Below are positions 1 to 9,090 of a stretch of DNA of 64,000 bases, in pieces (the first letter of the stretch is position 1; each line of letters opens with the position of its first letter). Where the stretch lies: positions 32,001-96,000 of the IMG/VR virus record IMGVR_UViG_3300045988_153285; one strand, written 5' to 3'. Position numbers and translations under genes: made by a program. The DNA comes from a virus. Under the pieces are notes generated by a model, which saw only the letters and a list, made by a program, of their open reading frames with translations, was not told where the DNA came from and made no database searches.

Positions 1-1
1 A

Positions 2-94
2 AAGGAAACTGTGAAAAAAGAGAAAGAAACTTCATCAAGAGTAACTTCTGAAGACCTAGATGCTATGTACGAAGATGATTCTTTCTGGGATTAA
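2..94 (+). CDS. C-terminal end of a gene starting upstream of the window (product unknown)
   Basis: Frame open from window edge to TAA 92-94 (..DAMYEDDSFWD*), followed at once by a terminator hairpin. Confidence 0.35.
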   Translation, partial: KETVKKEKETSSRVTSEDLDAMYEDDSFWD

Positions 95-101
95 TTTAAT
101 T

Positions 102-125
102 AGACGGGTATATCCCGTCTTTTAT
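102..125 (+). terminator. Rho-independent terminator
   Basis: AGACGGG / CCCGTCT stem, 5-nt loop, then T-run. Confidence 0.7.
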
Positions 126-245
126 ATTTTCATAAACATTTTTTGTAAATAATAGTAAACATTTCTGATTATTCTTCATATACTATCATATAAGCATTGA
201 TAAACAATGTGCATCATTGATTAAGTTGTAAAAAGGAGAAAGTAT

Positions 246-413
246 ATGCCAAAAAGATTAATAATCCCAATTGAATTTAGTGCTAATAAGGAGGATGAAA
301 TATCTATGTATCTAAAATTAAAATCATTTACCAATCCAGCTTCAATAATAAAAGACATATTGAAGGGTAATTTAAGCCCATCTATACTATCTGAAGACAA
401 AAAACAACCATAA
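246..413 (+). CDS. small hypothetical protein, 55 aa (below ORF-track cutoff)
   Basis: AAAGGAG SD about 7 nt before ATG 246; MPKRLIIPIEFSANKEDEISMYLK..; preferred over antisense ORF 221..481. Confidence 0.45.
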   Translation: MPKRLIIPIEFSANKEDEISMYLKLKSFTNPASIIKDILKGNLSPSILSEDKKQP

Positions 414-515
414 TCTAAAAATACGTAGACTATGGCTAAATAACTACTTTCAAAACTTGTTTTTACAAGTAGTTTATGCAAAACAACTTTAAAAGATGAC
501 TATTTATCTAAATTT

Positions 516-584
516 CTATAAAATTACTACAGCACAAGCTACAGCAAAACAAGCTAAATATCCTAATGCAAACCCAGTTATCAT
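516..584 (-). CDS. 22-aa hydrophobic peptide MITGFALGYLACFAVACAVVIL (small membrane or toxin-like peptide)
   Basis: GGAGG SD (complement of 592-596) 7 nt before ATG at 584; one TM-length hydrophobic stretch; stop at 516-518. Confidence 0.35.
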   Translation of the reverse strand: MITGFALGYLACFAVACAVVIL

Positions 585-654
585 AAAAGCACCTCCGATA
601 AATTTATACTTTATAGTATTAACAAATTTTTAAATATTATACATGGAGGATCAA

Positions 655-1068
655 ATGGAAATTGGAATCACTTTAAATAATAAATTAATTTATAATAAAA
701 ATTTTTCAAAAAAAGATGAATTAAAAGCCAAAGAAGAACTTGCTAGATATATTTTAAAGGACAAAAGGTTAACTAAATGTGCCGTATTTTTAATAGCTGG
801 TTTAAATTATACTACCGATGCAATGGCTGATATTAATCAAACTATGTCTAAAGTAGATGCTGCAGGCTTTATGTTTTTAGGAATTATACAACGGATAGGC
901 TTTTGGATTTGTCTTTTAGGATGTTTATTAGAAATCCTATTAGCAGTATTCAAAGAAGGTCGTGGTAAAAATGCTATATTGCCAATAGTATTGAAATGGT
1001 TGGGAATATTTGCTACATTCTATTTTTTACCAGCATGTTTTGAATTAATAAGAGATTTATTTGCATAG
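655..1068 (+). CDS. membrane protein with pilin-like (VirB2/TrbC-like) layout, function uncertain
   Basis: ORF-track 643..1068 trimmed to ATG 655 after GGAGGA; long leader ending ..TDAMA followed by hydrophobic helices. Confidence 0.55.
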   Translation: MEIGITLNNKLIYNKNFSKKDELKAKEELARYILKDKRLTKCAVFLIAGLNYTTDAMADINQTMSKVDAAGFMFLGIIQRIGFWICLLGCLLEILLAVFKEGRGKNAILPIVLKWLGIFATFYFLPACFELIRDLFA

Positions 1069-1080
1069 GAGGGAATTTCT

Positions 1081-1311
1081 ATGATTGAAGATGTTACAGA
1101 TAGCATTGGACTAGGATTTAAACATATGATAACTGATTTTTTTAAATGGATATTTGGTGGAGTATTAGCTAATTCTTTTTGGATATGCTTGATTATTTCA
1201 ATGATCTGCTTAATATTGTATATCTCTGGATTGAAAAAGGCGGGTAAGTATTGCACAGTTTCATTTGTGATTTATATAGTTATAGAAGCTTTAGGAAGTG
1301 CTTTTTTATGA
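1081..1311 (+). CDS. small two-helix membrane protein (VirB3-like position)
   Basis: SD AGGAGGG upstream; two hydrophobic segments; stop overlaps next start (ATGA). Confidence 0.6.
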   Translation: MIEDVTDSIGLGFKHMITDFFKWIFGGVLANSFWICLIISMICLILYISGLKKAGKYCTVSFVIYIVIEALGSAFL

Positions 1312-3626
1312 AGAGTATTAAACTAAGTAAGTATTTTGAATTGGTAAAGCCAGAATATGAATATATTCAAGTTATTCCTCACAAAAGCATAAGAAACTAT
1401 AATAGTGGGAATATAGCTAAAGCTATAGCTCATACATTCAAAAGGGCTGATAAGTTAATTAAAATAGAACAGAAAAAACTATTTTTTAGGACAAACTTTA
1501 AAATATCCTATGTAATAGATGTAAACAAGGATAATGCTAACTTTTATTTTATAGTACCTAAACCTTTTACAAATTTAATAGTTGAAAAAATATATGAAAT
1601 ATGGAGTAAAGCTACTGTAAAGATACTAGATAGCGGAATACAAGGATTTTCACCTAATGCTGAATACTTTGAACTGAGCTATAAAAAAGAAGATGCTCTA
1701 AGTCTAAATACTGATTTTAGAAGTAATGAACCTTTAAATTCTCTGCTAAATGTTATGGATATTATGAAAGATGATGACAGAGTAACTATTATATATAACT
1801 TTGTATCTAATCCTCAATTCAATTGGATAGATAGATACAACAACACTATGGATAAAATAAAAGCAAAGAAATCTATAGATAAAAATATATTTAACTTTAA
1901 CGCAATTATGAGAAATGGGCTTATTTACATGCTAGATACAATAAATGCAATCATAGGAGTTATAAATGATTTTACTGGTGGGAATCATGAAAGCTCTAAC
2001 GAAAGTATATATAATGCAGTTTTGGGCATTTTAGAAAAGCAAGATAAATTAAGTATTGCCACAAAAAAGAAAAAGGATTCTACTGTAATAAATACTCAAA
2101 TAGGGGTTATAAGTGATAGTGTAGATTATACTAGGAAGAGTAACAACATCAATGTTATCACTCAATCATTTAGAGCAATTGATGGTGATAATGAATTAAT
2201 TGCTGATAAGGTTAAGAAACCTTTTTATTTAGAACAAACTAATTTTAACACTAAACTTAGTACAATTTCTACCGATGAAGGAGCTAACTTTATACAAATA
2301 CCAGCAAGAACGTTACTAACACAACACAAAATAAATCACATATCAATAGAGGAAACGAGAGTCCCCGAAAGATTAAAAGAGGGTTATATATGTTTAGGTA
2401 AAAATAAAAATAAGGGCACAATATGTTCAGTTTATTTGGAAGATGATTATGATATAGGATCTTTACCTTTGATGTTATTAGGTCGGCAAGGTGGAGGAAA
2501 GTCTACTTATTTAGCTAACTACTGTAAATATGCAATGAGCAGAAATGAAAGCATATTTGTATTAGACTATATTAAAAATTGCGAAATGAGTAAAGATATA
2601 GAAAAAGTAGTACCAAAAGATAAATTAGTAATCTTAGATTTCTCAAAAGCTGATAATTTACAAAGTTTTGCCTATAATGAATTAAAATTCAAAGAAGATA
2701 CTTTTGAAAGTAGATATGAAATAGCTAATAAGAAAAGTCAATTAACTTTAGAACTTGTCAATTCCATTAATTTAAATGGTGATCCTTTTAGTCCGAAGAT
2801 GGAGAGATTTCTAATGAGTGCATGTGATATAGTTTTCACTATTAAAGAAAATGCCACATTTAAAGATATTATAAGATGTTTAACAGACTTTAAATATAGA
2901 GAACATATCATTGAGTCAATTCAAGATGATTATAGAAAATATTTTGAAGAAGATATTTCAACATTAGAGGAGTTAGATGAATGGTCAAAACCAACAAAAG
3001 ATAGTCCATCAGAAAAGATAGGGACTAGAGAGAGTAAAATTGAAGGTATTTTAGACAGAATGACCTTATTAAAAAGAGATTTTTACCTAAAAATGATGTT
3101 TAATAAATCTCCTGATAAGAATGTTGACTTTGTTGATCTAATGGAGCAAGGGAAAGTAGTATTGATAAGATTACCACAAAGCAAGTTTAAAAAGTATGTT
3201 AAGAATGTTATTTGCACTTTTTTAATAACTAAATTATGGACAAGTGCAGAAATAAGAGGAGAGATGTATAAGAAGCCAACCCGAAGCCACATTATTATTG
3301 ATGAGCTTAGTCAAATTCATACTGCTGAAATGTATTTAGATAGCTTGATAACAGAAACTAGAAAATATGGTTTCAAATTAGTTTTAACAGGACAAAGATT
3401 ATTCCAATTAAGTAAGGAATTTGTTGAAGATTTAAAAAGTGCTGGTTCTAGTTTTATGTTATTAAAAGGAAGCTTAAAAGAAGATTTCAATTATTTTAAA
3501 GAAGAAATTGGAGAGAATTTCACTTATGAAGATTTAGATAGCATGGAGCAATATAGTAGTTTAAATTTAATTCAATATAGTGAAGGCTTTTCTAGTTTTA
3601 TTACTAAATTACCAAAGCCTGTATAA
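1308..3626 (+). CDS. P-loop NTPase of the FtsK/HerA/VirB4 superfamily
   Basis: Walker A GRQGGGKST, Walker B HIIIDE, RKYGFKLVLTGQR motif; ATG 1308 overlaps upstream TGA; ORF-track start 1251 lacks SD. Confidence 0.7.
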   Translation: MKSIKLSKYFELVKPEYEYIQVIPHKSIRNYNSGNIAKAIAHTFKRADKLIKIEQKKLFFRTNFKISYVIDVNKDNANFYFIVPKPFTNLIVEKIYEIWSKATVKILDSGIQGFSPNAEYFELSYKKEDALSLNTDFRSNEPLNSLLNVMDIMKDDDRVTIIYNFVSNPQFNWIDRYNNTMDKIKAKKSIDKNIFNFNAIMRNGLIYMLDTINAIIGVINDFTGGNHESSNESIYNAVLGILEKQDKLSIATKKKKDSTVINTQIGVISDSVDYTRKSNNINVITQSFRAIDGDNELIADKVKKPFYLEQTNFNTKLSTISTDEGANFIQIPARTLLTQHKINHISIEETRVPERLKEGYICLGKNKNKGTICSVYLEDDYDIGSLPLMLLGRQGGGKSTYLANYCKYAMSRNESIFVLDYIKNCEMSKDIEKVVPKDKLVILDFSKADNLQSFAYNELKFKEDTFESRYEIANKKSQLTLELVNSINLNGDPFSPKMERFLMSACDIVFTIKENATFKDIIRCLTDFKYREHIIESIQDDYRKYFEEDISTLEELDEWSKPTKDSPSEKIGTRESKIEGILDRMTLLKRDFYLKMMFNKSPDKNVDFVDLMEQGKVVLIRLPQSKFKKYVKNVICTFLITKLWTSAEIRGEMYKKPTRSHIIIDELSQIHTAEMYLDSLITETRKYGFKLVLTGQRLFQLSKEFVEDLKSAGSSFMLLKGSLKEDFNYFKEEIGENFTYEDLDSMEQYSSLNLIQYSEGFSSFITKLPKPV

Positions 3627-3643
3627 TATATTATTTTAAAATA

Positions 3644-3675
3644 AAATCCCCACTACCATAGTGAGGATTTTTTTC
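3644..3675. terminator. bidirectional terminator between convergent genes
   Basis: AAATCCCCAC / GTGAGGATTT imperfect stem (one mismatch), 7-nt loop, T-runs on both strands. Confidence 0.6.
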
Positions 3676-3705
3676 TATTTTATTGACTAATGGAATATTA
3701 TTTAA

Positions 3706-4932
3706 TTATAACTCAATCATATACTTATTCACATCATATTTTCCATAAGGCAATCCCTTTTGGGTATATTTTTTTATGTCATCTACAAATCCCATCTTTA
3801 TTCTGTCATCAATGTATCTAAGTAGAGCTGCTATGTAGTCCATACTTTCTAATCTACAATATTTTATTATGTCATCATAATCTATTCCAAGTTCTCTTAA
3901 TCTACTAACTATTTCTTCATCAGTAGTATATTTATCTAGCCCTCTAGCTTTTTCTCTGCTAGTGGTATTGAATACTAAATTCACACCTTCATTTATAAAG
4001 CTATATTCTTGAATAAATTTAATTGATTTTAATTCTTCTAGAGCTATTTTTAATTGCTTATTAGAATAATATATCTCATCTTTTGTGATACAATCTAGAC
4101 CTATATAGTCACATAAGGTTTGAAATTTAATATATTTTTCATATCCCCTAGACCATTGAGTGAGTATTAGCTGCAGTTTCTTTGCAACACTACTTTTTAA
4201 ACTTTTATAAATATCGTAATCATATATCTTTAAAAAATTATTGCATAGATTTTTATAGAAAAAGTCATCAATTTCAACACTTTGATGTTCTTCTATCTTA
4301 GCAGGATCTAATAATTTCTTATTTGCCATTTTACGTTTTGAAACACTATAAGACTTATAATTCTTTAATATTCTTGAACTTTCACACCCATCAAAATCTA
4401 TTACATATTCTCCTACCTCCTGATCTCTTATTGCTAGAGTAGAGTATATGGTGCATTCATTTAAGCATAATATAGATTTTTCTAACCTTTCTTTTGTGGC
4501 CTTCCCAAATCCGCTCAACCCCATTTCTTTCGCTAATCCTCTATATGTGAAGTTTATTTTCTGTGGCATATTAGTTATGGAATGCTTAGAAGTCAATACC
4601 TCACCATTTTCATCTACGGTTTTAGAAGTCAATACCTCAATCTTATCATCCATATTTTTAGAATGAATTTTAAATAATGCCATCAATACATCTAGTTCAT
4701 ATATTGTTGGACATAGATATTTAGCTCCACCTACAACCTTCAATGCAACTTCTTGACCATCCCTAATCCAAAATCTTTTTATTTCAGGAACTCTCTTTCT
4801 TTTTAAAGATATAAATGGCAACGTCATTAAATTTGATTCATTAAAGCTTTGACTTTTCTTCATATTAATAACTTTTCCACATGATAAATCCTCATTTTTA
4901 CTTGTTTCTACAATGTTTTCCACATTATTCAC
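3706..4932 (-). CDS. plasmid replication initiator (RepA / Replication initiator protein A-like)
   Basis: LMTLPFISLKRKR and G..CPTIYELDVLMAL motifs typical of the initiator family; iteron array lies directly upstream. Confidence 0.7.
   Translation of the reverse strand: MNNVENIVETSKNEDLSCGKVINMKKSQSFNESNLMTLPFISLKRKRVPEIKRFWIRDGQEVALKVVGGAKYLCPTIYELDVLMALFKIHSKNMDDKIEVLTSKTVDENGEVLTSKHSITNMPQKINFTYRGLAKEMGLSGFGKATKERLEKSILCLNECTIYSTLAIRDQEVGEYVIDFDGCESSRILKNYKSYSVSKRKMANKKLLDPAKIEEHQSVEIDDFFYKNLCNNFLKIYDYDIYKSLKSSVAKKLQLILTQWSRGYEKYIKFQTLCDYIGLDCITKDEIYYSNKQLKIALEELKSIKFIQEYSFINEGVNLVFNTTSREKARGLDKYTTDEEIVSRLRELGIDYDDIIKYCRLESMDYIAALLRYIDDRIKMGFVDDIKKYTQKGLPYGKYDVNKYMIEL
4586..4639. repeat. 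two inverted iteron-like copies inside the rep coding sequence
   Basis: TTAGAAGTCAATACCTCA at 4586 and 4622; reverse complement shares 15 nt (GGTATTGACTTCTAA) with the iteron at 4984; encodes the duplicated VLTSK in Rep. Confidence 0.7.
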
Positions 4933-4962
4933 ACCCCTTTATCAACAGTTAACAATTACTTG

Positions 4963-5088
4963 TGGTACTCAGTTCAAATGCTAGTGGTATTGACTTCTAA
5001 TCCTTGTGGTATTGAAATCAAAAGACTGTGGTATTCAATGATAATGCTAGTGGTATTGAAATTATCCACAGTGGTATTCACTTCTAAA
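4963..5088. repeat. iteron array of the plasmid origin (6 copies, about 21-22 bp spacing)
   Basis: GTGGTAYT cores at 4963, 4984, 5006, 5028, 5050, 5071. Confidence 0.85.
5062..5070 (+). promoter_or_regulatory. consensus DnaA box TTATCCACA
   Basis: Exact 9-mer between iterons 5 and 6. Confidence 0.6.
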
Positions 5089-6196
5089 GAATCTTCTGTA
5101 TCAATTTATATAACTAATTTCCAGCATCCTTGTTACACGTTTATAGTTACTTAGTATTTTATTACATTTGTATTTAGAGTTTAGTATTAGGTTTAAAGTA
5201 ATAGTAACACAAATACCTCTAGCACTCAATACCTCACCCAATTCATTTCTATAATTTTCAAAAGATCTAATTCTTATTGTATATTTAAGTTGCATACTTA
5301 ATTGCATATATACAGTATACAACTATATTAAATAAAACATGTAAATATAAAGCACTATTTTCTCAATAAGAAATCAGTAGGGAATAGTAGAGAAGTAGTA
5401 ATGATATATAAATTTCTTATATTTCTTATATTAGGACTTGTACAATTGGACATGCTGCAATAATGAAAATCATACCCCTAGCGCAAATCTTTCAGATACG
5501 CCCTACTAAGGGACTTTGCTTATAAGCCTTTATTTGCCTTTCTAAAGGATTTTATTTTTAGACGATAAATTATATCTATAATAAATTTAAATTGATTCTA
5601 GGACGTATTATGGCTTTTCTTTTCGAATATCAAAACAACGACTAACGTGTATCGGTAAAATGTTATTAAATTTGTCAAAACTAGCTATTTATCTATATTT
5701 TAATGAGATTTATTAAAGATCATAATTGACGATATTTGATTGCAGGAAGTGTTACTCGATAGAAACCTAGTGTTTATAAGGGTTTTGAGGATATAAATAG
5801 TGCATATTTTAAGATTATTGATGGGTTTTAAGTTTGTGAAATAGGGGATAAGTGGCTTAAAATAAGGGTTTTTACGATAGCATTTACGATAACATTTTGG
5901 ATTTTTAGTCGAAGTTGATATTTAAAAAGTGGTGTAAAAATTGAATAGTTAGCTCACATTCCCCACAACCGATCAATCCAAAAAATGAAAATGTACCCCT
6001 CCAAACCCTTTATTTTAGCGGTAAGTCATTATAATTATATATTATAGGTAGTTAAGACAATGGTAAAATATCATATAATGTAGTAATTAAAACCATATAA
6101 AGAACTAAAATATTATGTTGAATAGCTGTGATTTCTTGGCTTTGGTTCGTTTTAAAGCTTTGAGAAGTAAGCAAACACTTATACGTACAACTCAAG

Positions 6197-6358
6197 TACA
6201 ACTAATCAATACAAACTCAATCTAATCAAATAACAATCCAATCACAACCAATCCAATCTATACATCATACACCACTTAATCATTACTTATCTTATTATCT
6301 ATCAATATCCAATCACACTATATCAATCACACCATACCAACCAATAAAAATACCAATA
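6197..6358 (+). repeat. G-free CA-rich tract with reiterated CCAAT/AATCA units
   Basis: No G on the + strand across 162 nt; CCAAT occurs about 7 times. Confidence 0.7.
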
Positions 6359-6446
6359 GAAAAATAAATAATAAGATCATCAACCAACTAACACATATTT
6401 TATAAAGGCAGTTGCCGACTGAAACTAAGAAAATAATATAAAAAAT

Positions 6447-6498
6447 ATTATAAAAATTAACAAAAAAGTTTGACAAATAACTACTTATAATATATAAT
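6447..6498 (+). promoter_or_regulatory. dispersed motif + sigma-A type promoter
   Basis: ATTATAAAAATTAACAAAA, TTGACA 6470-6475, 17-nt spacer, TATAAT 6493-6498. Confidence 0.65.
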
Positions 6499-6538
6499 AA
6501 TAGTATAGTAATTAATAAATCAATTGGAGGAGTTAACA

Positions 6539-6751
6539 ATGACAAATAATCAAATTGAATTAAAAGTGCAAGAATTAACGAACACATATTACAGCTATTC
6601 ACAATTAGAGGACTACTTAATAAATTCTGCTGATGATATAGGGTACAACGATAAAAATATTTATTTATCAAATGGTTGGGAAGAAATAGAAATAAATTTT
6701 AAATACACATTAACCGAAGATTATGACGTTATAATCCATTCTATAAATTAA
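6539..6751 (+). CDS. hypothetical protein
   Basis: ORF-track 6524..6751 trimmed to ATG 6539 after GGAGGAG SD. Confidence 0.6.
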   Translation: MTNNQIELKVQELTNTYYSYSQLEDYLINSADDIGYNDKNIYLSNGWEEIEINFKYTLTEDYDVIIHSIN

Positions 6752-6773
6752 CAAAGTAAAAGAGGATAGAACA

Positions 6774-7049
6774 ATGAATAAATTATTATTAACAATAAGA
6801 TCTAAAAGAGATTATCACAATATCAACAAGCTACTAACTAAATACATCAAGACGCAAGACAATAGTATTATAGATAAGATAATGGCTACTGTAATAGCGA
6901 CAACAGCCCAATATAAAGCTTATAGCTTAGAAGGTATAAATTATTTATATAATACGTTAACAGTAGTTACAAATGCACTAAGTAATAAATATAAGGCATT
7001 AGCTACACAATTACAAATACAATTCATGAACTTCATAATAAACTATTAA
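6774..7049 (+). CDS. hypothetical protein
   Basis: AGAGGA SD upstream; 91-aa ORF. Confidence 0.6.
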   Translation: MNKLLLTIRSKRDYHNINKLLTKYIKTQDNSIIDKIMATVIATTAQYKAYSLEGINYLYNTLTVVTNALSNKYKALATQLQIQFMNFIINY

Positions 7050-7072
7050 AATAATAAAGCGAGGTAATTAAA

Positions 7073-7444
7073 ATGGAAAGATTAATTAAAATCTTATTAA
7101 CAATATCAATTATATTAGGAGCTTTAATAACTACAGCAGCAATATCAACAATTAACTCAATAGATAGAACTGAAACAGGAATATCAATAAACTTTAATGA
7201 TGGATCTGGGTACTACATAGAAACAGCTAACAAAGAAGAAATACAAACAACTTTTGAAGTGACTAATGTATTATATGAATCAACTAATGATTTCTATTTA
7301 GAACCGAATGAAATTGCATTAATACTAAGCAATAATGATTATACAATAATCAATACAGAAACAAATAGAGGATATTATAATAATAAAAATGATATAGATA
7401 TTTCTACACTAAGTATAAACAATTATGGCATAAATATAGAATAA
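7073..7444 (+). CDS. hypothetical membrane-anchored or secreted protein
   Basis: GAGGT SD; N-terminal hydrophobic segment ILLTISIILGALITTAAIS. Confidence 0.65.
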   Translation: MERLIKILLTISIILGALITTAAISTINSIDRTETGISINFNDGSGYYIETANKEEIQTTFEVTNVLYESTNDFYLEPNEIALILSNNDYTIINTETNRGYYNNKNDIDISTLSINNYGINIE

Positions 7445-7450
7445 ATAACC

Positions 7451-7487
7451 AATAAATTATTGACTTATTCTGTAAAAGTAGTATAAT
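7451..7487 (+). promoter_or_regulatory. sigma-A type promoter
   Basis: TTGACT 7460-7465, 16-nt spacer, TATAAT 7482-7487. Confidence 0.55.
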
Positions 7488-7492
7488 AGAAT

Positions 7493-7510
7493 TATAAAAA
7501 TTAACAAAAT
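7493..7510 (+). repeat. dispersed motif copy (SD-proximal class, lies downstream of the -10)
   Basis: TATAAAAATTAACAAAAT followed by AAAGGAG and ATG 7527. Confidence 0.7.
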
Positions 7511-7526
7511 AAAGGAGTAAATAATT

Positions 7527-7766
7527 ATGAAAGATTTACAATTATATGAATTATTAAAAGATGCTTACGAATCAACAACTAAAAACTATAATAGATTTAA
7601 AAAGGTAATAGAGTCTACTAAATGGGATAATACATTTACAGCAGACGGCGAACACTATTTCATTAAAGATAATCTCACATTAACAATAGAAAATACAGAT
7701 CCATTTAAGGAAGCCTGGAAACCTACTGTATGGATTGGATCAGATTATTATAGTTTAAGCAATTAG
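7527..7766 (+). CDS. hypothetical protein
   Basis: AAAGGAG SD; 79-aa ORF. Confidence 0.65.
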   Translation: MKDLQLYELLKDAYESTTKNYNRFKKVIESTKWDNTFTADGEHYFIKDNLTLTIENTDPFKEAWKPTVWIGSDYYSLSN

Positions 7767-7834
7767 GCCTAAAAGGTCTTTTTGTTGTTTATATAGATAT
7801 TCTAATAAAAAGGAGATGATTAAGTTGAATGTGT

Positions 7835-7852
7835 TATAAAAATTAACAAAAT
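7835..7852 (+). repeat. dispersed motif copy (SD-proximal class)
   Basis: TATAAAAATTAACAAAAT upstream of TAGGAGA SD and ATG 7880. Confidence 0.7.
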
Positions 7853-7879
7853 AAATATATAGATAGGAGAAATAAGAGA

Positions 7880-8050
7880 ATGAATAAATTATATGTAATT
7901 AAAACAATAACAATGTACAAGCATCTATGTAACAAGGGTATATATCCAATTGAGATAGAACCGAACATTTACATACCTAAATTTGTTGTATGGAAATACG
8001 AGAATACTCCAGAGCTTCATGCAGCAATGAGGGAATTTAAAAATAATTAA
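7880..8050 (+). CDS. small hypothetical protein, 56 aa (below ORF-track cutoff)
   Basis: TAGGAGA SD; MNKLYVIKTITMYKHLCNKG.. Confidence 0.5.
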   Translation: MNKLYVIKTITMYKHLCNKGIYPIEIEPNIYIPKFVVWKYENTPELHAAMREFKNN

Positions 8051-8104
8051 TTAATCAATTAAGCTAAAAGTCAAAACTAAAAACTAAAAGGAGAATTAAA
8101 AAGC

Positions 8105-8995
8105 ATGAAATTAGAAGATATAACGGAAAACTTTACAATGATACCAAATGAGGTTATTAAATTAGAAAATGAATTAACTACTAAAGAATTATTAATATTA
8201 ACTATTATATTAACTACTAGAGCAGGAAATAAAAATATATGTATATTTAATTTACAATCTATTTATAGTACGTTAGGAATAAAAAGTAATAATACAAAAA
8301 CTAAAAAAGAAGTAAAGGATATATTGCAGTTATTTAAGGATGAAAATATACTACAGTATTTCACCGATATATTTTGCACTGAAGAAATAGATAACATATT
8401 AAACTATGATAAAAACAATTTAATTTATGCACATATCATTGACTTAGATTCTGAAGGATTTACTTACATATTAGATCAAGAAATTAAATACATATTAGAC
8501 CATTCTAAAGAAAACAAACTAGATACAAGTATAATGTTAAAAATATGTTTATATATTCTTAGCTTTATAAATGAAAATGAACAAGATGAATATTATAAAC
8601 TAGCTTTTCCTAAAATGACCACAATAGCTGAAAATGTAGACGTAACAGAAAAAACAGTATTAAAACATGTCAACGCCTTAAAAGAGTTGAAAATATTAAA
8701 TTTTGACTATGCAGGATTTAAGGAAATGAGAGACGGAAAAATAAAAAATGGAAATATGTTTTATTGTAGATATGAAGATAGTAAAATATTACTTGAGCAG
8801 TTAGAAAGAGAAAGAAGTACAAAAGGATTTATAAAACAAAATAAATTACAAAAAGATAAAAGTAATCTAAAGAGAAGAATAACACAAGAAATAAATTACA
8901 TAAATAAAAAGATAGAAAATAATACAGCTGATGAGATAGAAAGAGAAAAGATAAAACTACTAAAAGAAGAGTATAGCAAACTTGAAAATCGCTAG
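8105..8995 (+). CDS. winged-helix replication-initiator / DnaD-like DNA-binding protein (putative)
   Basis: N-terminus ENFTMIPNEVIKLE..LTTKELLILTIIL resembles Firmicute RepA_N / replisome-organizer proteins; repeat-rich DNA directly downstream. Confidence 0.5.
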   Translation: MKLEDITENFTMIPNEVIKLENELTTKELLILTIILTTRAGNKNICIFNLQSIYSTLGIKSNNTKTKKEVKDILQLFKDENILQYFTDIFCTEEIDNILNYDKNNLIYAHIIDLDSEGFTYILDQEIKYILDHSKENKLDTSIMLKICLYILSFINENEQDEYYKLAFPKMTTIAENVDVTEKTVLKHVNALKELKILNFDYAGFKEMRDGKIKNGNMFYCRYEDSKILLEQLERERSTKGFIKQNKLQKDKSNLKRRITQEINYINKKIENNTADEIEREKIKLLKEEYSKLENR

Positions 8996-9090
8996 GTTTT
9001 CAATGATTCATATTTATAAATTAGTGATGTTGTTATTTATTTATGTTGATAATTAGTAATATTGTTACACTATACTGTGTTATTAATTTC

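Noticed and set aside
221-481. 86-aa - strand ORF from the track
   Set aside because: It has no SD, and its sequence is low-complexity hydrophobic of the kind AT-rich antisense frames produce. The + strand 246..413 ORF with a strong SD explains the region better.
4960-5154. 64-aa + strand ORF (MWYSVQMLVVL..)
   Set aside because: It is a translation of the iteron array, and the periodic LVVL/WYS repeats mirror the 22-bp DNA repeats. It has no SD and lies in origin DNA.
5101-5322. 73-aa - strand ORF next to the iterons
   Set aside because: It has no SD, overlaps the last iteron and AT-rich origin DNA, and shows no recognisable motif.
6327-6671. 114-aa - strand ORF
   Set aside because: It is antisense to the G-free tract, which has no stop codons because of composition bias. 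It also runs across the 6447-6498 promoter and the 6539 gene start.
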